Assembly (NCBI RefSeq): GCF_018350175.1
Contig: NC_058370.1
Location: 119,102,001 to 119,166,000 of the forward strand
Length of the DNA stretch: 64,000 nt
Direction of reading: 5' to 3'
DNA from: Felis catus
Lineage: Eukaryota
The translations under genes were made by a program, and so were the position numbers. Of this stretch, positions 10,825 to 23,585 are shown in pieces. Positions within the stretch are counted from its first letter, which is position 1, and each line of letters starts with the position of its first letter. A model generated the notes under the pieces. The model worked only from the letters and a program-made list of their open reading frames with translations. It searched no databases and was not told the origin of the DNA.

Positions 10825-13800
10825 AAGCCTCCCCCACTTTTACCTCCCTGAACAGAGTTCCAGAGTTCCAGCTTTGTGAAGACCCCCACTCTGGGTGTTA
10901 GTTATGACTCTGGGGAACATTCCCAGGGTCCAAGGGAGGAGCCCGCAGAAGGCCATCCAACTTGTAAGTCAGTTTTTTCCCCTTGGCTGTGAACCTGGTC
11001 TGCAGGCATAGGTATTGCTCTAACCACCAGGGACCCTGCCTTGGGGACAAACCTCCTGCCTATGGCAGCCTTCTGCAGCCCCCTGCACAGTTTGACAAAG
11101 ATCCCACAAGAATCAAGCTCCAATATGTGGGCCCGGCCTCTCTATCTGCATTTCGCGCATGTCCGCCAGGTCAAGGCCCTTATTACTGCCCAAGGAATGC
11201 CCTGGAAACAAGGTCAAGTTCACCCCAACCCGGGAAACCTCCCCACCGCTGTGATGCAGGATGAGAGGGTCACGGGCCCACGAGGGGGACAGCAACCCCT
11301 CCCTGGCCTTGCCTTTGAGAAGGAGCTACTGAAGCTGTCGCTAGGCCAAGAGAAGGGGTGACGGAAGGCGCGTGTCCTTGGCGACTCAGTTGTCCCTTCT
11401 GGGGTCTTCTCCTGAGATCTGGCAGTTTCCCCACATGGGTGGCTCAGCTCCTGCTTACAGCTTCATCTTTGAGATTCCCTCCCGTGGCTTATGGTGTCTC
11501 TAGGTGACCTTGGAAAGTAGTGTCAGGGTTAGACAAACCTGTGTTTGATCGTGGTGGCACCACTCACCGGTGCAGTGAATTCGGACATAATGTCACCTTT
11601 CTCTCTGAGCTTCAAGTGCACGGTGGAGAATTTTTAAAAGCTCTTTTCTGGCTCCTACATTCTAGAATCCTATATTTTAGTACTAACCGGTGGCTCCGGG
11701 GTGGTGGAAGGTGGGGGTCCCTGAAGCCTCCCTGTGAATTTAAGAACCCATGCTCTGGACCCCAGAGTGCAACTTCATAGGGCAGGGGAGACACCTGGGG
11801 GGTGGAGAAAAAGGGCTAAAGAATGCCTTGGATCCCAACCAGCCAAAGGATGCGCGAATGGAAAATTCCTGCTGTGTGTCAGAGGCCCACCTGGCCCGGG
11901 TGACAGCCAGCCGAGCCAGACGCGCAGGCCCCACTGTGTGTTTAGACAGCACTTTCCTGCCCTGGCCAGAGTTCGCCCTGGCCTTTACCAACACTCATCC
12001 TGGGAGAGTGAGTAGAGGTGTGGGTACGCACCTAGGCTCAGGAAAGCTGTGCCTCCGTGCCTGAGCAGGGGCTCAGGAGCGGTAGGGTGAACTGCACGAG
12101 AAGGAGGAGCCCAAGGTTCAGCCCAGGGCTGCCCGGAACCCATTTCTGTGACCGGGGAGCAGCCGTGTCCCTGCTCTGGGTCTCAGGGTCCTTGTCTGTG
12201 TCGTGTGTGGTATGGACAGGGAGGTCTATCAAGCCTTCTTGGCCAGCCCTGGCATTCTGTGGGTGGAGGCCTACATTTTCTCAGGGATTCCACATCTGCC
12301 TTGGGAGAGCCCAAGGCCCCTTTCGTGGGCAGGACCTGGGGCAGCTCTCAGAAGCCGCCCTCAAGAGACTTACGCTCACCCTCTGAAGAAGTCAGCCAAC
12401 GGTTATCTGTAGCTGTAGGACAATGACTTTGACAGCTTTCAACACCCGCTGAGTTTTCCGGGGCGGCAGGCTCAGGGTGAGTGTAATGAAATGGACTCAC
12501 TCCACTCAAAGACTGGGGGCAGAGGCTCAGGGGTGATGGACCTGGGAGAGGCAAAGAAGAGACCTGAGCCACAGGGGGCAATGCTTGTTTAACACCATGC
12601 AGGGGCAAGTCCTTGAATCTAGAACACTCCAGGAATCAGGCCTCATGTTCTGATGTGGGCTGAGAAGGTCATCGTGTTTCACCATAGCCAGGAGGGAGTG
12701 GCCCTCAGACTTTGCCCAGATCCCACACTCAGCCTCAGCTGTCCAGGGGGGTCCAGTGGCAGGCTGGGGGCAGCCTGGGTGGGGGCTGTGGGTATTCAGA
12801 GCCCCCATTAGAGTTGAGTGCACCGGCCAAGGCCGGTCTACAGATTCCCAACTTTGGGCAGTTCGATTGGCAAGTCAGCTCCATGGATTGGATCAGTCCT
12901 GAGACCCTGGCAAGGTCTGGTCTGGAAGAATGGTCAATTCACCAGGGCGATGCCGCATGGTCATCTGGTCCCCTGGTCATGCTGCCTGGCTTATTGGATC
13001 CTCCTCTCATTGTTAATCACCTCTTCTTGGCTCAGGTTCCCACAGAGAGAATGTTTCTTAGTGCCTTTTACCTCGCCCTTTGATGCTGAGGAGATGTGAC
13101 AAACCTTGACCCCAGGCCACCACTGCTTCTGAACTCTGCTTGTCCCCAGCCTGCCTCTGCTCACACCAGCCCTCAGGCGCATACTTAAAGGAAAGCACTG
13201 GAATGGCCCTGCACACAAGCCAGGGCAAGGACAACCTTGGCCCCTGTGATTCACTCCGGCTGGTTGCTTACACCAGCCCAGTGGGGAGAGGTTTCCAGAC
13301 CTTGCTGTGGGCCAGCCTTCCTCCATCCTCTAAGGCTAGAGCACTTTCTCTGAGCTCCCCGTCAAATCAGAAAACGCGGTCCCTCTCTCAGACCCAAGTC
13401 GTCCCCTGGGCGCCAGGCCGAACCTGCCTTCTGGAAGGCCCCAGCTGCTGGTGCTACCAGTTAGCTGCAGGGCAGGAGGCCCTCCTGTCAGTTCCAGGAG
13501 CCCTACCACTCAGGAAATTTCTCCTCCTATTTCTTGTTTGCTCTGTTTCCAGCCCATGCTCTCCCCTACTCTGCTTCCCTATGTGCTCCGTGGGGATTCA
13601 GGTCACCCGGAAATAGCTTTTGCTTCTTCTGAGGCCTGGAGTCAACATCACAATGTGCAGCTCTGAAATCCGGGGAGGCTCAGATCAGTATAGAGGTATA
13701 GATGGGAGTGTGTGCGTGCGTGCGTGCGTGAATTTGCCTGATTTGAGGACGTACTTGGTCCCCAGAGAGCACAGTCTCCCTTTTACAAGGGTCCTCAAAG

Positions 13801-14394
13801 ACCTTCTGCCTCCCTCCTTCCAAGTCAGCTGGGTTGAGTGAGTGTGGGGTCTGAAGGGATGTTGGGTGTCGAGGGAGGGGGGTTTGAGCCCAGATATCCT
13901 TATGGGGGGTGGTGGAAGATGGCTTAATTCAGGTGATGGGTCTGAGCTCTGGGGTGTGGGATGGCATTTGGAAATGATCATCAAAGGATTCTCTCCCTTT
14001 TCCAGAGCACTCTTTTGGTCTCACCGCTCAGGACGCATCCTGATTTATGGGGCACAGGATTCCAGCCGCTCTGGGAAGGGTTCTGGTTTTCGCTGGGCTT
14101 GAGCTCCTGGGGAAAGGCAGAAGGGAGGGGCCTGCGCTGGAATGTTCGGAGTTAGGAGGTTGAGGGACAGAGCCTGTGGTGGGCCTGAAGCAGGCGCCAA
14201 AGGATGCTTCCTCCTGCCTTAGTGACAGACCCCCACACAGAAGGAGGCAGGACGGGAGCCCCAAGGGCGGCGGGGAAGCAGTGTCCTCAGAGCAGAGAGG
14301 CTCCTCGGGGAGCAGTTCCTCGCCCTCATCCCACTGGGGGGGGGGGCGCTGTTTTCGTTTCAAGACTGAGCCCACAGAGAAACCATGTAGGTTG

Positions 14395-14535
14395 ATCCCA
14401 CACTCCCATTTAACAGATGAGGAGCCTGAGGCCTTAGGTTCGGAGAAGCCGAGTGGTGCCGCTCGGCCTCACAGCTAGAAAGTGGTAACGCCAGGCTCCA
14501 AACCTACGTCTCCTGATTTTAAATTCTGACTCTGT
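14395..14535 (-). mobile_element. MIR
   Basis: CCCATTTAACAGATGAGGAGCCTGAGGC...TCACAGCTAGAAAGTGG. Confidence 0.8.
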
Positions 14536-14599
14536 CCGTGAACGCAGTCCCCCTCGGCCTCAGCAGAGAGGGTTTGTGTGGTGCGGGGGGAAGGGGTAG

Positions 14600-14706
14600 C
14601 GAGCTTGCAGGCAGTCAGGCCTGGGTCTCAGTCCCGTCCCCTGCTGGTATTGATTGTGTGAACTGGGGTAAGTTTCTGAATCTCCACGTTCTCTTACATA
14701 AAGTGG
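14600..14706 (+). mobile_element. MIR
   Basis: CCTGGGTCTCAGTCCC...TGTGTGAACTGGGGTAAGTTTCTGAATCTC. Confidence 0.65.
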
Positions 14707-14715
14707 ACGCCGTCC

Positions 14716-14880
14716 GTGATGCCCTGGAGCCGGCTCGTTGTGGCTCCTGAAAGCCAGCTGTGCATATCCTTTGCGGTTCCGCATCCCGTAACACAGAGGT
14801 TGGTTTGCCTGCTCTGGACCACGGTAGACGTATTTATACCACAGAAATGAACAAACTTGACAAGTCCTTGCTTTCTTCCA
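14716..14880 (+). mobile_element. MER63-like hAT-Blackjack DNA transposon
   Basis: CTGGAGCCGGCTCGT...TGTGCATATC...GTATTTATACCACAGAAAT resembles recalled MER63A. Confidence 0.65.
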
Positions 14881-15239
14881 TTGAACAAGCATGCGCGGAT
14901 CGCCAGTCTTCTGTCGGGCCCCAGCGTGGTGCTAGGGAGGCAAAGATGAGTAAGCTAAAGTCTTATCGTAAAAGATTTCACAGGCAGGAAAGAGGAAAGA
15001 AACGTGAGAAGGAGCCAGAATCTGTCCAGGAACCGGCGGGGCGGGGGGAGGGGGGGTCACAGGGCACTGAAGTAGTCAACTGGGGGTGGCGTAAGGAAGA
15101 AGGAGGATACTTCTTTGCCAAAGAAGCAGTTTAGATTATTGCACGCTGGAATGTTCTGGAAATTGCAAACACGGGCTTGGGTTTGAAGGCCTAAGCTTTG
15201 GTTTGGAGCTTTGGTTTGGAGTCACAGTGGTGCGGGACG

Positions 15240-15490
15240 CTCCCTGTGACATACCGGCCAAGTTATTAAACTTCTTTGAAACCGTTTCCTCGTTTGTAAA
15301 ATGGGCTGATCATTTTCACCTCGCAGGGTCAGTGTGAGAATTAATCGAGATCCTTTAGTCAGCAAAGTACCTTTTGGGTACCTACTCTGTGCCAGCCGCC
15401 ACTCCGGGCACGAGAAGGCACAAGTGAGTGAGTGAGTCCTCGTGGCGCTTATGTTCTAGTGGAAAGGGACAGACAGTGAACGAATAAAGC
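15240..15490. mobile_element. MIR (+) followed by L2 3' end (-)
   Basis: CAAGTTATTAAACTTCTTTG..GTTTCCTCGTTTGTAAAATGGG; then TACCTACTCTGTGCCAG...TTCTAGTGGAAAGGGACAGACA. Confidence 0.7.
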
Positions 15491-15534
15491 ACAGCCCAAG
15501 TAGCCGTGAGTGGTTGAAAATAACAGAGCCGGGG

Positions 15535-15790
15535 TTTGGGGTGGGCTCCCCAGGAGCAGTCGCTGAGATGAGCGTTTGTTAGGGAAGTGTTCCCGAGGAG
15601 AGTAGGGGAAAGAGAAGCAGGGTAGGACCGAGGAGCCCAAGCTAGGGCAGATGAAGTCCCTCCGAAGGCAGCTCCCGCCGGATCCCTCAGGGGCTCTGGA
15701 GGGTAAGTTGCGCCAGCCCCGAGGCAAGAGAAGGATTCCCCGAGTTAGCACGCGTTTAGGAATGTGCCTTTCATACACGCTGGCCATCGC
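15535..15790. mobile_element. ERVL LTR fragment (LTR16-like)
   Basis: GGGCTCCCCAGGAGCAG..CTGAGATG..GTTTGTTAGGGAAG...GATCCCTCAGGGGCTCTGGAG. Confidence 0.45.
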
Positions 15791-16239
15791 ACGAATGTCT
15801 CTTCAGCCTAGCCGGTCCCAGTCTCTGCGCCACGCCCCCTCCCTGCCTCTGTGTGATTCAGTGATCCAGAACATCTTGTGGTTTCTGTCAACACTCTGCG
15901 TCCTCTCATGCTGGGTATCTCTGCCCATGTTGCTCCCTTCCTGGAATACCACTGCTTTCTCTGGAAAATTCTTAGTCATTCTTCAAGTCTCAGCTCAAAT
16001 GCCGCCTCTATGTCTGTGAAGACTCTCACAGGTCACCCTGGGGGCTTTCTTCAGTGTAATCTCTGGATTGGTACAGATCACCACCAGGGAAATAATATTT
16101 CTTTAGAACTGCGTGTTCTTGACCGACACTATGCCTGGGAGCTCCCTGATGACTCCTCAGGTCTTTCAGCTCTGGGCCCACAGTCAGCCCTCAGGAAACA
16201 TTGAATGAATGAATCAATGGCTTGATCACTGAGTAGTTT

Positions 16240-16378
16240 TGTGCCCTTTGGCAAGCCAAATCATCTCTTTGAGCCTCAGTTTCCTCCTAATTATAGCTGC
16301 ACCTAAATCTTAGTGTTTTTAGGAGATCAAATGAGGTAATGAATCTAAACTCTGAAATGCTATCCGGATGTTTTATTA
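16240..16378 (+). mobile_element. MIR
   Basis: GGCAAG...CTCTTTGAGCCTCAGTTTCCTC...GAGATCAAATGAGGTAATG. Confidence 0.75.
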
Positions 16379-17462
16379 TAAAAAGGTAGAGAAGAAAAGA
16401 TCCAGTCCAGAAGTCAGCAGTGGCTGTGGGGACCCAAATGTCTCCAGACATCTTGGCTCAGTCCAGAAAACCTATGGAGAGCATTTCCAGTATGAAAGCT
16501 CTAAGCAGGTACCCGGGTAGCTCCCTGCCTTCTCTGACACCTCCTCTGCCACCAACCAGAGCTTAAAGCTCTGACTCTGGGAAGGAGATACAACCCCCCA
16601 TGGACCCTCATTCCCACTTGCAATGGGTCACCAATAACAAAAATACCCAAGCCAGTGGTATTGAGAACTGAAGTTCTTCCCGCAGGGGAAGGACTGTTTA
16701 AAGAAACTTTGCCAAAGGGTATCTTTGCCCAGATAATGGACGTAAGACTAATCTGTGGTCACTGTTGTAGGTGAATCTTGCATAGGGATGGTATGACTTT
16801 ATAAATCTTCTTCCAGCCCACATCCAGTCTCTTTCAAGACTAGTCCCTCTTTTCCCGACTCTCCAAAAGTCTGTCTTCCCTTCCCAGTCTCACTTCAGTC
16901 TCCCATAGCGTCTGCCAAGCTGTCTCTCGGTTACCTTGGTCTTCAGGGAACCAGAACCTGATCTTTTCCTCCATTCCTCCCTAGCTCCGAGTTCTCTGGA
17001 GGCTTCAGTGTTGTTTTTTCTCCAACCCATCTTGATGATACCTAGAATTTGGGAGCCTTTTTGCTTACATCAAAGAGATAGTTCTCACGGAAGAGTTCAT
17101 GACTCCAGAGTCCCTTCTTCAGGCATGGTGTATGGCTTAAAGTTCTTCCTTTCTATGTAAGATGGTTATTTCCCTTCAATATATTGTCATCAAACCACTT
17201 CTTAACTCCAGGTGGTCTGGTTTGCATTTTCACCATTTTGCAAAACTTCTCTCACTCTCTCTAAGACGCCAATAATCTACTTTTTGCCAAGTTCATTAGG
17301 CTGGTATAGCCCAGTGCCTTCAAGCTTCAGGCCCACTCCCAAGCCATTTAGCTAGTACCTAACATAAATGGGCACTGGTGAAGATCCAATATTGTAGAGT
17401 CGCAAGTTCTTAAGTTAATCGATAAATTCAGTGAAATACCAATAAAAACTTAATAAGAGTTT

Positions 17463-17682
17463 AAAAAAAATTTTTTTTTCAACGTTTATTTATTTTTGGG
17501 ACAGAGAGAGACAGAGCATGAACGGGGGAGGGGCAGAGAGAGAGGGAGACACAGAATCGGAAACAGGCTCCAGGCTCTGAGCCATCAGCCCAGAGCCTGA
17601 CGCGGGGCTCGAACTCACGGACCGCGAGATCGTGACCTGGCTGAAGCCGGACGCTTAACCGACTGCGCCACCCAGGCGCCCC
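17463..17682 (-). mobile_element. Very young felid CanSINE
   Basis: Near-consensus with CpGs intact; perfect TSD AATAAGAGTTT. Confidence 0.98.
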
Positions 17683-18024
17683 AATAAGAGTTTTTAAAAA
17701 TGGAAATTTACAAGCTAATTCTATAAGTCACCAAGAAAAAATTGCACAAGAATAGCCAGGCATATTTTTATACAGTAAGAACAACGGGGAGGAAATAGCT
17801 GTTTCACATGTAAAGATTTACTATAAAGTGGTCAATGTGGAGTGATATTGGTGTAAGAACAGATAACACAGACAATGGAACAGAGTAAAGAAAGAGATCC
17901 ATGGAAATCTACTGTATGCTAACAGAGCATTTTAAATTACTGGGAAAGCATTGACTGTTCAAGAATGGTTTTCGAACAATAGATTATCCACTTGGTAAAA
18001 CATTTAGATATTATATTGGTGAAG

Positions 18025-18234
18025 ATTTTGCTTCCTGAAAAGAGAATTCATTCTACTTATTTTAATCAGAAAGGAATTTATGGAAGGTATGTATAGATGC
18101 CAGAATTGCAGGGAGTGTAGGAGAAAAAAAATTCAGGTTGAATTTATCAGAACAACTTATAAAGCCACAGCACAGAACTGAGCCACTGAAAGATGCTGTT
18201 GCTGCTACAATCTGGAAGCTGCCAGATAGCAGAA

Positions 18235-18283
<49 letters not shown>

Positions 18284-18400
18284 ATGATGCTCTTCCAAAA
18301 CCCTACCACCACTGCCAGAATCGGTGCTAGTAGAACGGAGGCTGTGTTGCCTTTTCCTCATATAACTCAAAGCTTCATGTGAGTTCTATCTGCCTAGGCC
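18025..18400. mobile_element. Probable old MaLR (MLT1-like) LTR containing a poly(T) tract
   Basis: TTTTAATCAGAAAGGAATTTATGGAAGG...CAGAATTGCAGGGAG; T run at 18237-18280. Confidence 0.45.
18237..18280. repeat. Pure poly(T) tract (44 nt)
   Basis: Directly visible. Confidence 0.98.
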
Positions 18401-18402
18401 TT

Positions 18403-18740
18403 CTAGGAGGCAGACACCAAGATGAAGTTAGAAAGCAGAAGGTTTGTTGGGAAAATTCCTGTGAATGATAAAGGGGATAGGAAGCAAGAGTAGCAGGCAA
18501 AGTCTTCAGACTGTGGTATCAGTCTGACACCTGTGAAAGGAAAGGGAGATGAATAAAGACTGGGTAGAAAAAGGCTCAGACTGTGATGCAGCCTTGAGAA
18601 AGTCTTGGCCACCACAAAGATTGCCCATAGAGGAGTCCCTCTATGTGGGTAAGAAATGACCATGCCCTATTTCCTCTGTGTGCTCAGTCATTGGCTCAGG
18701 GCTATTGCAGATCCTGAAGACATTTAACTGAGAGATCCAT
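18403..18740. mobile_element. LTR16A-like ERVL solo LTR
   Basis: CCTGTGAATGATAAAGGGG...CTTCAGACTGTG...GTCTGACACCTGTGAAAGGA...GAGAAAGTCTTGGCC...AAAGATTGCCCATAGAGGAGTCCC...TGCTCAGTCATTGGCT. Confidence 0.8.
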
Positions 18741-19382
18741 TACATCTGGAATTCTAGTTTCAAGGGAGTCCCTGTAAAACAGTGAAACACACTAGAAAAG
18801 GGCTGATATGAATTTTGATCCAGCCAATATATAGTGTTTATCTACCATTGACCCCTACCTCACACCATATACAAAATAAATTTTCGCTGAATTGAAGAGG
18901 TGCAGGTAAAGAACAAACTTATACAATTACAATAAGAAAACATAGGAATATATTTCCATCACCTTGGAATAGGGAAGGCGTTTTCTGGAATCTTAAGAAT
19001 CTTCTTGAGCCTAGGCCGCTGTATGATCTATCAGGAACAGGCTATTGACATGTACTTTATTGCCTGAAATCTAGAACTCTGCATAACATGTTATTATTTT
19101 GTTGTTTTAAATTTGCTTTTCAAGAAAAACACAAAATCTAAAAAATACAGAGGCATATTTTAAATTAGTTTTGATTTATTTTTATGTTTTAAAAAAGTAA
19201 TTAACACTAACATAGTTAAGGGTAAGAAACTAGAAGCTTTTCTTCTAAGATTGGGAACAAGAAAGTCCCCTCTCCCCAGTCCTAGTCAACTTGTTCTGAA
19301 AGACCTAGCTAATGCAAAAGGACAAGAAAAGGAAATAAAAAATATAAAAAAAGGGAAAGAAGAAATAAAATGATCTTTGTTT

Positions 19383-20000
19383 CCATTTGCAATGATGTGG
19401 AGAGAGCTAGAGTGTATTATGCTAAGCAAAATAATTCAGTCAGAGAGAGACAAACACCATATGATTTCATTCATATGTGGAATTTAAGAAACAAAGCAGA
19501 TGAACATATGGGAAGGGGGGAAGAGAGAGAGGGAAACAAACCATAAGACAACCTTTTAAAAAAATTTTGTTTATTTATTTTGACACAGAGAGAGAGAGCA
19601 TGAGCTGGGGAGGGACACAGAGAGAGGAGAGAGAGAGAATCCCAAGCTGGCTCTGCACTGTCAGCACAGAGCCCTACCTGGAGCTTGATCTCATGAACTG
19701 TGAGATTTGCCAAAATCAAGAGTTGGAGGCTTAACCGACTGAGCCACCCAGGTGCCCCAAACTGTAAGAGACTCTGAAAATAGAGAACAAACTGAGGGTT
19801 GATGGAAGGAGGTGGGTAAGGTGGGGGATGGGTAAGATGGGTGATGGGTGATGGGTATTAAGGAGGGCACTTGTTATGATGAGCACTAGGTATTGTATAT
19901 AAGTGATGAATCACTGAACTCTACTCTTGAAACCAAAACATTGCACTGTATGTTAACTAACTAGAATTTAAATGAACATTTGAAAAGAAAAACAAACAAA
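19383..20000 (+). mobile_element. Carnivore/felid L1 3' end nested in the L1MC RT domain
   Basis: GAGAACAAACTGAGGGTTGATGG...AAGGAGGGCACTTG..GATGAGCACT...; TSD AAAATGAT(C)TTTGTTT. Confidence 0.9.
19554..19758 (-). mobile_element. CanSINE nested in the carnivore L1 fragment
   Basis: AGAGAATCCCAAGC...GCTTAACCGACTGAGCCACCCAGGTGCCCC. Confidence 0.95.
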
Positions 20001-21062
20001 AAAATGATTTTGTTTGCAGATAATATGATTGTCTGTATAGAAGAATCAACAAAAAACTCCTGGAACTAGTAAGTGATTATGGCAAGGTTGCAGGATACAA
20101 GGTTAATATACAAAAGTCAATTGCTTTACTAGATACCAGCAATGAATAATTAGAATTTGACATTAATAACACAACACTACTTACATTAGCATGAAAAAAG
20201 AAAGGAAGAAAACCTTACATATAGATCTAACAAAATATGTTCAGAATATATGTGAAGAAAACTACAAAACTCTGATGAAAGAAGTCAAAGAAGATATAAA
20301 TAAGTGAAAAAACACATGTTCATGGATAGGAAGACTCAATAATTGCAAAGGTGTCAGTTCTTCCCAACTTGAGCCAAAGATTCAACATAATCCCAACCAA
20401 AATCCCAGCAAATTATTTTGTGGATATTGACAAACTGATTCTAAAGTTTATATAGAAAGGCAAAAGACCCCAAACAGCTACCATGATATTGAAGATGAAC
20501 TAAGTTGAAGGACTGATATTACCTGATTTCAAGACTTATTATAAAGTTACAGTGATGAAGACATTGGTGAAAGAATCAATAGACCAATGGAATGACTAAA
20601 GGTCCTAAAAATAGGCCCATACAAATGTAGTCAAATAATCTTCAACAAAGGAGCAAAGGCAGTACAAAGGACAGTCTTTTCAACAAAGAGTGCTGAACAA
20701 TGGGACATACACATGCAAAAACAATCGGGACACAGACTTTACACTCTTCACAAAAGTTAACTCAAAATGAATCACAAAATTTAATCACAAAAAGTTTTAA
20801 TTTCTAAAAGATAGCATGGGAGAAAATGCAGGTGACCTTGGATTTGGCAATGATTTTTTAGACACAAAATCAATCCATGAAAGAAAAAATTGCTAAGTTA
20901 GACTTCATGAAAATTATAACTTTCAGCTCTGTGAAGGACACTTGATAGAATAAAAAGATAAGACCCAGGCTGGGAGAAAATCTTTGCAAAAGACATATCT
21001 CATAAGGGAATTGTATCCAAAATATACAACAAATTCTTAAAACTCATCAATAAGAAGAAAAC

Positions 21063-21280
21063 NNNNNNNNNNNNNNNNNNNNNNNNNNNNNNNNNNNNNN
21101 NNNNNNNNNNNNNNNNNNNNNNNNNNNNNNNNNNNNNNNNNNNNNNNNNNNNNNNNNNNNNNNNNNNNNNNNNNNNNNNNNNNNNNNNNNNNNNNNNNNN
21201 NNNNNNNNNNNNNNNNNNNNNNNNNNNNNNNNNNNNNNNNNNNNNNNNNNNNNNNNNNNNNNNNNNNNNNNNNNNNNNNT
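21063..21280. other. Assembly gap (218 N) inside L1
   Basis: Run of N. Confidence 1.
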
Positions 21281-22169
21281 CATTTATTGCTGATAGGAAT
21301 GCAAATGGTATAGCCACTTTGGAAGACAGTTTGGTGGTGTCTTGAAAAAGTAAACGTGGACTTACCGTACAACCCAACAATCACACTCTTAAGTACTTAC
21401 CCAAATGAATTGAAACCTTTGCTTACACAAAACCTTGCACACAAATGTTCATAGCAGCTTCGTTTATAATTGCCAATAGTTGAAAGCAATCATGATATTC
21501 TCAATAGGTGAATGAATAAACAACCAATGGTACATCCACACAATAGAATATTACTCAGCAAAGAAAAAGGAGCTATCAAACCATGAGAAGACATGAAAGA
21601 GCCTTAAATACATATAGCTAAGTTAAAGAAGCCAGCCTGAACGGCTCTATATTGTGTGATTCCAACAACATGACATTCTTTCTGGAAAGGGCAAAACAGT
21701 AGAGACAGTAAAAATATCAGTGGTTACCAGGGGTTCTGAGGGAGGCAGGGAGGGGTGAAGAGGTGGAAAACAGGGCATTTTTAGAGTGGTGATATTGAAT
21801 GATGTTGTAATGGTGAATACACGATAGCATGCATTTGTCAAAATCCATAGAATGTGCAATGCAGAGAGTAAACCCTAATGTAAACCATGTACTTTAGTTA
21901 ATAATAATATAGCCGTTTTGGTTTATCAGTTGTAACAAATGTACCACACTAATGTAAGATGTTAATAATAGGAAAAATTGTGCATGAACAGGTAGAGAGG
22001 GAGTAAGGGGAATTTTGTGATGGGGGAAAAGGTATATGGGGAAGTCTTTATATTTTTTGCTCAATTTTTCTGTAAACCTGAAACTGTTCTAAAAATAAAG
22101 TCTATTACAAGTTTTACAAGTAATTAATACACTTAGAGAAAAAAGTTGGCAGCAAATATAACAGACACA

Positions 22170-22524
22170 CACTCTAGTTTCCTCAGGAAAGTTCTGGTTT
22201 ATACCTGTTGTCCTGGTGTCCCATCTGGTTTAGTACTTATCATTCTCTAAGTGCCTTGGTTCATTTTCTTTTAAGTTGTTATTTATTTATTTATTTATTT
22301 ATTTCTAGAAAGAGAGAGAGCACAAGGTGGGAGGGGCAGAGAGTGGGAGACAGAGAATCCCAAGCAGGCGCCACACTGTCAGCACAGAGCCCAAGGCAGG
22401 GCCTGAACCCACAAACCGCAAGATCATGACCTGAGCCGAAACCAAGAGTTGGACACTTAACCAACTGAGCCACCCATGTGCCCTAAGTGTCTTGGTTTAA
22501 GTGATCAATTATCTGGTCACCCTA
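22170..22524 (-). mobile_element. MER94-like hAT-Blackjack element split by a SINE
   Basis: Terminal TGGTCACCCTA; GGTTTATACCTGTTGTCCTGGTGT resembles recalled MER94. Confidence 0.65.
22262..22483 (-). mobile_element. CanSINE (older type)
   Basis: TSD TAAGTGCCTTGGTT / TAAGTGTCTTGGTT. Confidence 0.96.
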
Positions 22525-22622
22525 GACAAAAGGTTATTATTGGTCATGTATGAAGAACTCTTGTAAAGCAATAAAGAAAGATAAACAATCCAGGGGAATA
22601 ATGGGCAATCTATATGAATAGG

Positions 22623-23012
22623 TGTATTAGTTTGCTAAGGCTTCCATAGCAAAATACCATAGATTGGGTGGTTTAAACAACAGAAGTTAATTTTCTCACA
22701 GTTCTAGAGGCTAGCAGTCCAAGATCAAGGTAGTAGAAGGTTTGGTTTCTTCTGGAGACCTCTAGCAGATGGCTGCTTTCCTACTGTGTCCTCATCTGGT
22801 CTTTCTACTGTGCATGCACAAGTCTGTGTCCTAATCTCCTCTTCTTATAAGGACATAATCACATTGGATTATTGCCCACCATATGACCTTATTTTACCTT
22901 AATAATTTCTTTACAACACTTATCTCCAAATATAGTCCCATCTGAGCTATTGAGGGCTAGGACTTTAACATATGAATTTTTTGGAGGTAGGGACACAATT
23001 CATCCCATCACA
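22623..23012 (-). mobile_element. MLT1B-like MaLR solo LTR, full length
   Basis: TG...CA ends; TTTAAACAACAGAA..TTTTCTCACAGTTCTAGAGGCT...GTCCTAATCTCCTCTTCTTATAAGGACA...GGGACACAATTCA. Confidence 0.9.
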
Positions 23013-23375
23013 GTAGAAAATCCACAGAAGAAGTACAGATTGCCAATAAATTTATGTCTGTATGTGTAATAACATCCCAAACCAGAGACAGGCAAATTAA
23101 AAAGAGTAATAACCAACAATCTCACCAGTAGAATGACAAAAATAATAATAGCGTTGGCAAGGATGTAGGGAACTGCTTCATGTCGGTGGAAAAAAATGAT
23201 ACTGCTTTTGTTGAGGGCAATTTGGCAGATTCTATCAACGTATAAAGTACATACATTTGGACCTAGAAATTTCACTTCTGGTACTTGATCCTACAGAAAT
23301 ACAGAGGCACAAAGAAGCATGCATAAAGATGTTAAGTGCAGTATTTTTTGTAATATTTAAAAATTGAAAAAAATA

Positions 23376-23585
23376 GGGGTGTCTGGGTGGCTCAATCAGG
23401 TAAGTGTCCAACTTCAGCTCAGGTCATGATCTCACTGCTTGTGAGTTCGAGTCCTGTGTGGGGCTCTGTGTCGATAACTCAGAGCCTGGAGCCTGCTTCA
23501 GATTCTGTGTCTCCTGCTCTCTGCCCTTCTCCTGCTTGTGCTCTGTCTCTCTCTCTAAAATAAATAGACATTAAAAATTTTTTTT
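23376..23585 (+). mobile_element. Felid CanSINE
   Basis: TSD AATTGAAAAAATA. Confidence 0.95.

Larger units (their letters stand above)
19212..22108 (+). mobile_element. 5'-truncated L1MC-type LINE-1 (RT domain through 3' UTR)
   Basis: Decayed RT including SLFAD(N)MIV motif (TTGTTTGCAGATAATATGATTGTC); 3' UTR AACCCTAATGTAAAC...TGTAACAAATGTACCACACTAATG...AAATAAAGTCTATT; possible TSD AAGTAATTAA(TA)CACT. Confidence 0.9.
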
